Assembly: GCA_002633005.1 (NCBI GenBank)
Contig: NMRA01000021.1
Location: 1,618,119-1,682,118, forward strand
DNA: 64,000 nt
Direction of reading: 5' to 3'
Origin: Phoronis australis
Taxonomy: Eukaryota > Animalia > Phoronida
In this document: piece after piece, positions 50,863 through 63,200 of the stretch
Numbering within the stretch: the stretch's first letter is position 1
Layout of the letters: every line of letters begins with the position of its first letter
Program-made: the position numbers and the translations under genes
Notes under the pieces: model-generated
Told to the model about the DNA's origin: nothing
Seen by the model: only the letters and a program-made list of their open reading frames with translations
The model's database searches: none

Positions 50863-53167
50863 ATTTACTTTGCATTAAGTCCAAATATTGCGAAATAACG
50901 TCTGTATGTGCAAAATGTTTAACTGCGCATGCAAAGATATACAGGACTACCTGCTCCTATTATGAAGTCTACCAAAGCCTTGAAATTACATTCATTTGCA
51001 TTTCCGCAGGAGTCATCGTCGTGGTGGCCCTCAGTGCTATACCTCCTTGTCCGCAAAACACTATACACTTAATCAACGAGGCGAGAACTTCTCTATTTCT
51101 CTAAATGCGTACATTCTGAGAATCGAGTACCTTTGCTACTAATCTAGCACAAACGTTCGGATTGGTGTGTAGAGAGTTTCCCTGTTTAGTCATAGAGTTA
51201 GAATGATATTTATAGGTCGCTATATTTGTAGATTGTGTGAGGCGTCCTTCTAGTTCTGACAAGGCTCTAAAAAGGGGAGACGATTTGAACTGTCTGGGAA
51301 CAATATGCAGGCAGTGCAAAACAACCTATCAACTTCTTTTGGGTGAACCACAAATGTATACTTCTGCGAGCAGCCATGCTATATTGCAACTTCCGTTTCA
51401 GCAACCAGACTTTTGGCTCTTGTCGTTATCAGTCTTTTCTGGAAACTTTCAAGATAGCGACGGCTCTCTGTTTTTGAGGACAAAAAATTTGATCTCAACG
51501 TCAATGGGTGTACACTTGACGTAGTCGCTTCTGTCGTAAATACGTGTTTTAGGGGACATTTCTGTTTGATATCACTGTGTACCGCATTCGGGATCATTAT
51601 CACAATCATTCGATCATTTAACTGACAGTCCATCTGACTTTTGACTGTGCTATGCCGTCTCAAGTTCCTCGGCATGATTTTGATGAGAGGGTTTTTACAG
51701 CAAAGAATTGTAAATTGTGTCCAGCTTAACTAACATGCAATGTGGTGCACAATGCCAGTTTAACAAAAAATCTAATGTTTTTACCAGTGATATAGATGCC
51801 ATTGACGCATGCGCGCACCCAGCCTAAAAATGGGGACTCGAATTTTTGAAAATGTGGAACTTTTAATAAGATTAGCGGGGTGTGTTCAGAGCTATGAATT
51901 TTGCATTCGCCGAAATTAGGTAGTTCCTGCCTTTTTAGTGGTCTGGTTTTCTACTTTTTTCGGAGTTTTTTTTTTCTCTCAGACGGATCTTTTTGCTCAT
52001 TTCACTAAATGGGGGGCTCATTCGAGCCCCCGAGCCCCCTCCTCCCGGGTGCACACATGAGACACATTGATGGAGGTGCTTCATTTTCAAAAACTGATTG
52101 AAAATCATAGCCAGAGATTCGTTTTATTAAAGGTGGTACTTCCAGTCGTATCTAAGACGGGCCTATCTTAAGATTTGGCAATCACTTCAACAAAGTGGTT
52201 TTTGAAGATGGTGGTTTATTATGAACAATGGACCCCCTATAGATCACAGTGATTTTTTGTTATTGTCAGCTGTTTCATTTTTGCCTTATACGGAAACAAC
52301 GTAATTTTGCCGCGACAACAATGCTGTGAACAGAGACAAAAATTTAACGCACCAGCGAAACAATCTGGTTTGGTTCCTTTCAGTGCGGGCACGCAATTAA
52401 CAACTTTACTGGGGTTAGTTTTATATAAAAACGTAATGCACAACTACCTACTTATTTAGTCTAGGAGAATTTTAAGGGGGCATGGCCCCATTGCCCCCTT
52501 TCTTAATCAACCACTAGTGTCAGCATGTTTTGGCATTTAAATTGAACACTCTGCGACGTTAGGAACCCGAAGGTGGCCTGACGTTGGTCTGACGGGATTT
52601 GTCACTGCTCTGACTCGATGTCATGATGATGCTGAGTCCGCTACAACTGACCTTGACTTCATCATAGATCTTTTGAATATAAGGCCAATTTTCCACATTA
52701 TTCACATTTTGACAACAGGAGGATAGGCACCGATTTTCCGAAAGTGATGTTTTGAACAACGGAGGACTTGCAAATTGTTCACTTCAAAACGTAAAATATG
52801 TTTACTTGGCTTTTCTGTACCAGCTGAAGACTGAGATCAAAACATATTTTTCATGTCATGGAAATCACATCCAATGACCACAAAAAACCCTTTTCGTGCC
52901 AATTTGCTATGTTACGTCACTAATGTGTCGTGTAATAATCAGAGTAAATCTTAATTCTTTCAATTTTTAATTCGCACCTTTTGAATGATTGATTTTTCTA
53001 AGCTACGTAAAGAAAACGCTCCCGAGAGATTAATTTCAGGTTGAAAACACTCATTACTATGTTAAAACCTAGCGAAAGATGTCTGTGTTGTCATGTCGAC
53101 GAAACTCGGTAATAATGGCGAGTCCGAAAAACAATCGACTGAATGTTTCATCCACGAGCCTATTTAA

Positions 53168-54361
53168 AGGAGAATGCCACCCGATTTCATTAGTCTTTTT
53201 TGCCGTCTTAATTGGTCTATATTCACATCGCCTCGCATACGGTCGACCTTACCTTGCCACGAGGTGTCACGTTAACCTGTGAGGAAGGTGAGAAACGACG
53301 CTAGCGACGTCAGTGGTTCATATGCAGAGTGAATGCCGCTATGTTGCAGTGCATCATTCCCGCTTGTCCGAACTAAGCAGCTGCGAGGAAAGCGGCTATA
53401 TCGTTTTTTTACTTCCTCGAGTGTCCGAAATGCCTAGGAAGTGGCTTATGGTAGTGAAGAATGAAATGTACGCTGTAAATAGCAAGTATGAGGCCGTGAA
53501 ACATCTCCGAGTCTGTGGCCTGCAGACGTCGACAATGCCTGACGAATGCCGGCTTACCAAAAATTCCATACGTTCTGTTGTCTGAGCTTGTTCACGGCGC
53601 CTCTCTAGTATATCTTCATCACTGTGTTCCTGTTCGAATTGATAGCATGTAAATCTTAACGATTCACCTGCAAAGTCGGGACTGATGAGTTCTAGCTCGT
53701 CCTAAGTCGGTATTGCTGAGCGTTCTGTTTCAAAATGAATTATTCTCACCCTAACCAATACTTATATAAAACTGAAACAAAGTCATGAGATGCAATTTGT
53801 AATGCCTTTGGAGTGTTCATGAGTGCAAATGATTTGAGAACCAGGCTGATCGGGCTCCGAGCCAATGGCCAGGATAACCAGCGTTTTGTGTTTAGAACTA
53901 AAAAAATCACAAGTCTAAACAACACAGATCTAGGTTCTCCTCTCTGTATCTCACGGAAAATACTTCGAAATTATCTCCGAACACACCCCAAACTCCTGCT
54001 ACGGACCTTATTGGCCTGCCGAACTTTGTAGGCTACGGTGTGTCCAAATACCAACAAATCCGTAAGAGCGAAATAAAACAACACGTTTTTATATGAATTC
54101 GGTGTATTTTTTAGGGTTTTACATCGAAGTTTGATGATTTATTGGTGTTGAACGATGACTTCAAGCGATAAGCTGACACCAGTAACCCGTGTTGTGAACT
54201 GATGAACAGACTGCGTGTGAAACCGATGACGTCATTGGATAATTTCAACACCTCCGTCTGCCGTTAGGTGTCAGGTAACGCAACTGTACGTGTCGTTATG
54301 GAGTAGAACTACTCGATCTAAATTGATACAAATTAGGTTGTTTTTTGGGTGGCATGCTCCT
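53168..54361 (+). mobile_element. Non-autonomous Kolobok-type element, shorter copy (1194 bp)
   Basis: TTAA TSD (53164-53167, 54362-54365) and the same TIRs; the paralogous empty site is at 41288-41310. Confidence 0.9.
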
Positions 54362-54443
54362 TTAAAGATATTGCAAACCCACTGGTAACAGAGGAATCGT
54401 AAATTACTGATCCCTGGGGTCACGGGAAGCCTGCATATCTGAG

Positions 54444-54499
54444 ATGGCAGTTATGAATTTCACGAATACTTCAGAGACGCAAATACCATGATACACACA
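54444..54499 (+). pseudogene. 5' fragment of a third GPCR paralogue (MAVMNFTNTSETQIP*YTQ)
   Basis: Matches the start of GPCR 2. Interrupted by LINE sequence; resumes at 59429-59457. Confidence 0.9.
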
Positions 54500-57400
54500 G
54501 ACATCTTGGTATACCGGGTACTGTTAGATGAAAAACTCTCATTCACACCTCACGGAACTAATTAACCCACTTCAGCTTGTCTCTCGTCATCTGAATTCTA
54601 TACATATAGAAAATTTGTGCAAATCCTTTGTACTTCCATACATCGATTATTGTGATATCATATATCAGTCGGCCAATACGGGTGCACTCCAACATTTGAA
54701 GTTACAGTATTAAGCTGCCTTACTCATAACCCCGGAGCTTACAGGGGATCCAATAGTGTTATGGTTTTGAATAGTCTCAAGTAGTCCAAACTGTCTACTC
54801 GACGCAATCTTCACATGACCACATTTACTTTCAAAGTAATAAACAATGTCAACAACGTCGCGGCTGTCAAAAAATATTTGATCTATACTCCACCCCATAT
54901 GCAATTCCTCCGTCGTTCAGTCAGGCATTCAGAAGGTCTACAGTAATGATGTGCATCAACAACTGGAATTCTCTTCCAGTCTCTGTTATAGAAAGCAACT
55001 CTTTTACGATTAAAACTGTTTTTCATAATTTTGATAACTCAACACCCTTGACTCAATTCTCCCTTCCCCGTGATAACGAAATAGCATTGTATAGATCAAG
55101 ATGCGGTCTTTTCCTCAACTCTGACAAGTTTAGGCATAACTTTACTAATGTCTCTCCAAACTGTAAATGTGGTGACCATCAATCTTATCCTCATATTTTC
55201 TTCAAATGTCACCTCATCGAATACCTGAGAGACTCACTCTTTCGTGCACTCAATGGAAACCAATCAATTGTTAACGCTCTCAATTCTTGTAATAATATCC
55301 CTACTAGAGTTACATTATTATTGAATGGTATTCCTAACCTTGACTTCATTACTGTTAGTCTATTCACACACTTGTATATACTTCTTTTCTTTTGTTAGAT
55401 AAGCTTGTTAACTTTGAACTGTATGAACTTATCAGTATTTAACTACAGACATAATAATTATAATTGTTCGGGTGTCTGGAAAACAAAAATATCCCACTGC
55501 TTTTCGTCTATTACGCTCGACCTCACTCTTCTACTACGAAAACGACCCCGAACTGAGCACTTACGTAATGTTTACTGCACAATGAAGAACTCATGTTGTG
55601 ATATCCGAGTTATCATTGAGCAAAGTCTTTTGACTGCTGGTGACATAGAGGTCAATCCAGGACCAGGCACTCAGGGTTTAGCCAGCTTCAAGGTCTTATT
55701 CACTAATATCAACAGTATCAAGGCGAACAATCTTTCAAGATTTGATCTTCTCAAGGAAGTTATTACAGACAACAATTACATGGTCATTGCTATATGTGAA
55801 TCTGGAACACCGTCCGAAGACAACCTCAGTGCACTTATTATTCCAGAATACAACATTGCCTACCACACTAACGCCGGGAAGGGGTTGATCTTGTTTGTCC
55901 ACAACTCCATAAATTACAGAACAATTGATGATAAAATTATTCATTCAATGAGTAACTGTTGGATTGAACGTACTTAACGTCAACCACAAAAAGGTATATT
56001 ACGGGTTTTTTTTCACCCTCACAGACGTCCCATGAAAGGAAAGCATATTTCAAAACCTTTTCAGAACAATTGCAAGAACTCTCTCAAACTAATAAAACAA
56101 TTGTTATCAACGCAAGAAATAGTACTTGGTACTCAGAAGACAATGACAACCAAGCCGGTCTCGAATTATTCGATATTCTCCTCACAAATGACTACAACTA
56201 ATAAACGAGCCGACACGTTTAACAGAGTATTCACATTCTTGCCTTGATTTATGTATAACAAACAATCTCGGATTAATTGAATCCACTTCTGTAAGGCCTC
56301 CCATTGGTAACTCAGACCACCACGTTATAGAAACAACATTCACACTCAACTGCGCACCTAAAGAGCCAGACATTATGAAGAAGACCTGGAATTACAACCT
56401 CATTAACATGGACAAACTGCGCACTGACATAACCACATTCAACTGGACTGAAATACTTAAGAAAAGTGACATAAATGACGCAGTCTCAATATTCACACAG
56501 TCACTCTACAACATATTAGATAATAATATCCTATAAACCATGAAAACAATAAAAAACAAGAACAAACCATGGTTTAACAATAACATTAAGTCTGAAATAA
56601 ATAAAAGAAATAAACTGTACAGATCGTTCAGAAGATCAAATAACCCATGCACGTTCAAGTGCTACAAAGAACAGTGCAAGAGTGTGGAAGAAGTAATTAA
56701 AAAGACAAAACAAGACTATAAGATGAAAGTTATCTCCAATATCAAAACTGTCTCCAAAAATTCTAAGGAATATTGGGATATAGTAAACAAAATTCGAGGA
56801 CAGGTAAAGCAATCATCTTACCCCACCATCCACTCAAAAGAATCCAACTCTCAGGCGTCATCCAAAGCCGATAAAAGTATCTTATTTCTAGACTACTTCA
56901 CTGCCAAGAGTTGCATTGCACCAACAATAAACTATCCAGAATTCCCAAACAGAACATTAGAACACCTCTCTTACATAGAAGCCCAACCTTCTGAAGTCAG
57001 AAAACTACTAGAAAACATTGACGAAAACAAAAACGACGTACAAATCTCCTAACCAATAAAATGATCAAGATAATAGCAGGAGAGCTTACACTTTACACTT
57101 CCTCTGACAACATTATACAACAAAATACTACAATCTGGAAAATTTCCTTCGAACTGGAAGCTTGGCGTTATGATACCAATACACAAAAAGAACTCCAAAA
57201 CCGACATTGTCAACTATCGCCCCATAACTCTACTTAACAACTAATCCAAAATTTTAGAAAAAATCATTTCTCAGCACATGTTTGACCACCTCTCTTCACA
57301 AAACCTCATATATCGTCGCTAATTTGGATTCAGGCCTGGTAAGAGCACTGTGCCGCAACTTACATAAATTGTACACGACATCCACCTCCAGTTTAAGCAA

Positions 57401-59428
57401 GGTTACAACGTGAGATCCGTATTTTTAGACATTGCTTCAGCTTTTGATGTCGTTCCCCATGACCTGCTTCAACATAAATTACAATGTTACGGTTTCTCAG
57501 GCACTCTCCTCTTACTTTTAAAATCATATCTGGAAAATCGAACTTACAAAGTCCGAATTGAGGGTGTCTTATCACCTTCATCAACGCCAGGTTTCGTAAA
57601 TGCTGGAGTACCACAGGGTAGCGTACTTGGCCCCTTACTCGTTTTACTGTACATCAATGATCTTCCAGACACGATAAGCTCTAAAACATTCTTATATGCT
57701 GATGACACTGCAATTTTCCACCCATTCTCAAAAGAGCATCCCCATGACTCCTTACAATTGTAAACTGACCTGACTGGTCTCACAAATGGAAGATGAAATT
57801 TAAACCTGAAAAAAGTGTTGATCTTATATTTTCTAAGTCTAATAATACTCATTTCCAAACAAATCCAACACCGGAATTATCACTCAATGGGGAAGTTATC
57901 CCCAATAAGTCCACGCACAAACATCTTGGCTTGCTACTCGATCATAAGCTTACATTTACTCCTCATTGTCGCGAACTCGTTCAAAAACTACAAAAATTAA
58001 TTAATCTAATTAGAATTATCTCTCGTCATCTCAGCTCCATGCATCTTGAAATTCTGTTCAAGTCTTTTGTACTTCCACATCTAGATTACTGTGACATAAT
58101 CTACCAATCGGCAAACGCTGGCATACTTCTTCAATTAGAAAGACTACAATACCACGCAGCTTTAGCCATAATCGGGGCATACAAAGGGTCCAACACAATC
58201 AAAGCTCTAAATAGTCTTCACTGGAGCAAACTAGCAACCCGTCGTAAACTCAACCTGTCCATGCATACATTCAAAGTCTTAACCAACATAAACAATTACT
58301 GTAACAAAATCCTCTTTGACTCCTACAAAAGACCAAGCACGAGACCAGGACTCCGGCAAAGCAATATGTATACTATTCCAGCCTCCATCAGCCAAGCCTT
58401 CAGAAGATCAACGATATTAACTTGTATTGACAACTGGAATTCCTTACCATTCAAAATAAAAGAAAGCACTTCAATCGTCACTCTCAAAAATAACTTTAAA
58501 ATGCATACTACTACTCCAGACTTGCCAGTCCCATTGACATCATTTCAACTTCCCCGCAACCATGAAATAACCCTATACAGATCAAGATGTGGTCTATTCC
58601 TAAACAACGAGAAATTTAGACATAATTTTAATAATATTTCGCCTCTGTGTTCCTGTGGAGATACCCAGACCTATCCTCATGGTTTCTTTGCTTGTGAGGT
58701 ATGCAAGGAGGAGAGGGTACAGCTCTTCCAGGCACTCGAACAATACCCAAATGTTTTTAAAAAATATGAAATTCCGCAATTATACAACAAAATTAATTTC
58801 TTTCTATATGGATGTCAAGAACTTAACTCAAACGAAAATAAGGTTTTATTTGAATTAGTATCAGAATTTCTTTATAACATTAAATCTCTTTGTGTGAGTG
58901 GATAGAATTTTATACATCTGTATGAAAATGAATTATTTTCATTCGTTGTCATATATCATTGTATTCTTAACATCAGTTTTTTTATTTATATATTCGTATA
59001 TAATCATTGTATATAGACTTCTTTGTATTTTTTTACCTAGATCTAATGCCTCTTGGCGCTTTCTGGGTTATGTATATTCATTGTATTCTGAAGATTTCGT
59101 AATAAACATTAAAAAAACCTTGGTCTCGTTCTCAATGAATTCCTCCTGAGCAACGTTACGAAATTTTTATGTACCGTTTATCAATATTGTTGCTTCTGAT
59201 TTCCATACATGAATCTGTACATATTTTTGTTTTTATATATTCGTAATAGCAGATCTAAATGTTGGACTACTTATATTAGATACTATACTTAAATGTAAAT
59301 ACCTCTATGTAAATTAGTTTTAATTATGAATTGTTTACAACCCAGATATAATGCTTCGCGATTTCTGGGTTTTTCATTATTTCTTTGTATGTTCTGTGTA
59401 TTCTTCAATAAACATATTTCACTTAAAA
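54500..59428 (+). mobile_element. Outer 5'-truncated LINE (54500-55342 plus 59123-59428), split by an inner LINE
   Basis: C-terminal ORF2 motifs (SFVLPYIDYCD, NNWNSLP, CKCG..SYPHIFFKC). Reading continues NGIPNL|GLVLNEFLL after the inner element. 15-bp TSD accatg(a/g)tacac(a/g)ca. Confidence 0.85.
55343..59115 (+). mobile_element. APE-RT non-LTR retrotransposon (CR1/L2-group-like) with 2A-like motif, inactivated
   Basis: GDIEVNPGP, APE motifs (TNINSI, IAICES, SDH), [36 protein letters not shown]-terminal CxC..H..C, AATAAA plus A tail, TSD AACCTTG (55336-55342, 59116-59122). Contains several stops and frameshifts. Confidence 0.95.
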
Positions 59429-59457
59429 ACCATGGTACACGCAAGAGACCATTCCTG
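59429..59457 (+). pseudogene. Resumed GPCR 3 coding fragment (PWYTQETIP), fused to SELENOW intron 1 sequence
   Basis: 29 nt identical to 41406-41434; the same fragment is at 26447-26472. Confidence 0.9.
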
Positions 59458-60257
59458 CTCACCCTAGGAGATATATACGTAATGCCATCTGGTGGGCGCA
59501 GTGTTAAAAATGGCGAGTTACCGATCGTGGGAACTGAACGAGGGACTGCTCGGAGAAAAAGTTTGATAACGGGAGTATTTATTCGAGTTGGAAGGAATTA
59601 AATACATCGACGTCATCTATGCGCAAAAGGTATGTTATAACAATATGACTTTGATGTTTTAGTCAGTACGAGGCATAATTCGCTGAAAAGCTTCTATTAT
59701 TCTTCGTCGGTGCCAGTTGAGACAATGATCATTGTATAATTGTACCGGAAGCTTTTCGGCGAATTATGCCTCAAACTGACTAAACCATCAAAGTCACGTT
59801 GCTATGAGTACCTTTTGCCGTCAATGTCTTTAATTCTTTCCAACTCGAACAACTCCCGTAATCAAATTTTTTCCGGTCAGTCCTTTGTTCGGTTGCCCAA
59901 ACCGGCAACTGGCCACTTTTACACCGCTCGCGCCGGGAGGTACGACGTTCGAGTTGGAAGGAATTAAAGACATCTACGGCATCCTAAGCCTAAGGAGTCA
60001 CCATATGCACAAAAGCTACTTTATGGCAACAAGACTTTGATGGTGTGAGGGATAATTCGCCGACAAGCTTTCGGCGTACAAGATATATCAGGGGTTAGGC
60101 CGTGTCCTCACCTATAGTATCAGGTGAGACGCCCGCGCCAAGGCCGATGCGATGGCCGAGAGCCCCGTGCCCTTGGAAGTTAACATACCAGCTGCACTTT
60201 GACGTTGTCGTTAGACTTCAAACAGCTATTTGACTGATTAAATTGAGCATAGCTTAC

Positions 60258-60286
60258 CAATAGATGACATAGATTTTCACAACCAT
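60258..60286 (-). CDS. SELENOW: Duplicate SELENOW coding exon 1, copy 3 (MVVKIYVIY[C])
   Basis: Intact ATG, frame and TG|gtaag donor, but no downstream exons nearby. Could be an orphan or an alternative first exon. Confidence 0.5.
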
Positions 60287-63200
60287 TTTTACCTGACCAG
60301 CCTGATGACACTGATGTCCACAATTGACAGCAAAGAGGAATGGGGGCAAATAAGTGCTGATTCACCAAGCAGTCATACGTGAATTTGGAATCCTCAGTCA
60401 ACTCGAGTTTACGCGCTCGGTCGCCTAGAACAGCTAGCCCTGGAATGCCAACTTCGATCTCGAGGTTGCACCGCGCATGCGTGACATTCTTTTGTATTCA
60501 TTTGTTCCAGTGAAGGTTGCTGCTGTGGATTTTACTGTCTCTTATCCTTTTAGCAACTCCGCCGTTTTTCAACCAAATTGCGTAAGAGTCATATCACCAG
60601 AAAGCCATTCATGATATATGATTATACCAGTAGCGAACGATAAATAATTAATTCACAAATAATTATTATTTCGCATATTTGTGACACTGAGGCTTAAACT
60701 CAGTGAAAACCATTCTAGTGTAACCAAAATGCAACAAATAACAACGTATAATAGAAACATCAAAAGAAAATGAACCAGGGAGGTTTTATAGATGGCTAAC
60801 TAAACAAGCGCACGGAAATAAGTGTAATGATTCAAAATATTTCTACCCTATGAGGACAATTTTGCTGTGAAGAATTTAGGCATTCATCCAAAAGTATACA
60901 TCTTTATACATTAACTGGACCTTTAGTGCCGATTGATACAGTTTTTCAGTAACAATTCAAAAGACAGTGACATTTACAAAAAATGTGAGGAATTGATCTA
61001 CCTGAAATTTGAAGATGAAGGCTTTCTGACGGACTCAGTAAAAATCTATTGTGTANTTTTCGCAACTCCGCCGTTTTTCAACCAAATTGAGTAAGAGTCA
61101 TATCATCAGAAAGCCATTTAGGATGTATGTAGCAAACGATAAATAATTCAATTCACAAATAATTATTATTTCGCATACTTGTGACACTGAGGTTTAACTT
61201 AAACTAGAATGGTTTTCACTGAGTTTGAAACTCAGTGAAAACCATTCTAGTGTAACCAAAATGCAGCAAATAACAACAAAAGAAAATGAACCAGGGAGGT
61301 TTTATAGATGGCTAACTAAATAAGCGCCAAAATAAATGCACTGATTCAAAAGATTTCTACCCTATCAGGACAAATTTTTAGAATGTGGAACCTTCAAAGT
61401 TGCTGTGAAGAATTTAGTCAGGCATTCATCCAAAAGTATACATCTTTATACATTAACCGGACCTTTAGTGCCGATTGATACAGTTTTTCAGTAACAATTC
61501 AAAAGACAGTGACATTTACAAAAAAATGTGAGGAATTAATCTACCTGAAATTTGAAGATGAAGGCTTTCTGACGGACTCAGCAAAAATCTATTGTGGAGG
61601 TTTGAAGTGTACTGTGGATAGATCGTTACCTAGGTTGCAGTGTAGAACTTTCCATAATATTTTATAAACAAACCAATTTCTTCAGAATATAAATATTAGA
61701 CATCTTGATACATGCAACGTGTGTTACCGAAAACAAGAGCCTACATTGGAACACATTTTCACGATAGTTATGTTACTAAAATGTGCACTCTGGAAAATAA
61801 CAATATTCATGACAATGAAACAATGTAATTCTGAACACCTGTCGCATAGTTTTTTGCTTATTAAGTCGAATGGGAAGTTACGGGTACCTCAAAAACCCTT
61901 CAAACACGGGTTCCATTTTTTCTTTTTAGTCAAACCGGCAATTACAGCTGTGTATATGATAGTTCAATTTAACAGTGTGCCGAAAAGCGGGACATTTTGA
62001 TAGTGTGGCGGGATAGTGGCAAAAAATCAAAAAAGTGTTGTAGTCCACCAAGAGTGGATAAATTGGCAAGTACGATGTCAGTAACACAAAGTATTGGACT
62101 GAATTCTTTTATAAGATGAATTTTGATTTTTTAAAGCTGGTTTCACGGTTCAGATAGCATTCACTGCTCAGAAATCGAATGAACAATAAGTATCTGGGCA
62201 ACATTGCACAAATAAAATATACAATTGAAAACAGTAATATTATTTTACATGCACACGCACACACACACACGCGCACACACACACAAACTCACACACTCAC
62301 ACACACACGCGCGCGCGAGCACCCACGCACACGCACACTCACAAACACGTAGCTACGCAATTGCGAGTTGTTTTTGGAAGTTATGTTAACGCACCTGTTA
62401 GTAGAGATAAAGCTTTTCAATTTATAATTGGCTATCGCCAGGATTTTGAGTGATGGCTTACCTGAGCATTTAGAACGCAGCGTTATTGACACACCTTCGT
62501 TTCCAAGCCGCCATTTTACCTGACAAACATCACGATGTCGGGTAAAACTTATTTTTTGTTAGTCAACATTACGCAAGGGGGCAAAACAAACACTTAGAAA
62601 CCAATTCGTAAATGTCAAACCTTTCAGTAAAGTACAGTAGCATTTTTTTAACCCAAAAAAATGTTTGTTGAAAAACTCTTTGCATGCAGTTTGGCAGGTT
62701 GTCTGGCGAAAGTGGTTCTAATGTTGGAGATGAAAAGATATCAGAGGCCAGACTATTTCCGGTATCCGATGGCCGGCCAGGGCCCAGACACGGCCGGTCG
62801 GTGCGTGTAAAGAATGACCAATGTAATTTCCGGGTTGCAAACTCTAATAAATTACGTTGGTCACGTGCGGGAGTTGGCATTTCAGAGTAGAGTTCAGTAA
62901 CGCTAAGACATACGATAGGCAAATTGGGCAAAAAGGTCCGCCTCAGTGAAATAAAAGTCCAAGTCTCATGAAACGAGACAAAAGTCCGCAAAATCCCACG
63001 GGAAGTCGGCACGGATGCACAATTCGTGAGCCTGAACCTAGTGGCTTTCTTTCCATTCCAGTTCCTCCGTAGTATAACCTGTCCAGGCCACCAGAGCTTT
63101 GTTTTTGGGACACCTTACGTCACACATTGCGCATATATAATTGTGAGCGTACATGTAACAGGAGGTCTGCTTTGTTGGTTTAGCCTTTATGAGTAATATC

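Larger units (their letters stand above)
58767..63100 (+). repeat. Segmental duplicate of 25783-31008
   Basis: Near-identical colinear sequence. About 60550-61055 is itself repeated after the N at 61056. Confidence 0.95.

Noticed and set aside
60550-61595. Apparent ~500-bp tandem duplication
   Set aside because: Straddles the N at 61056; likely an assembly join between different copies or haplotypes.
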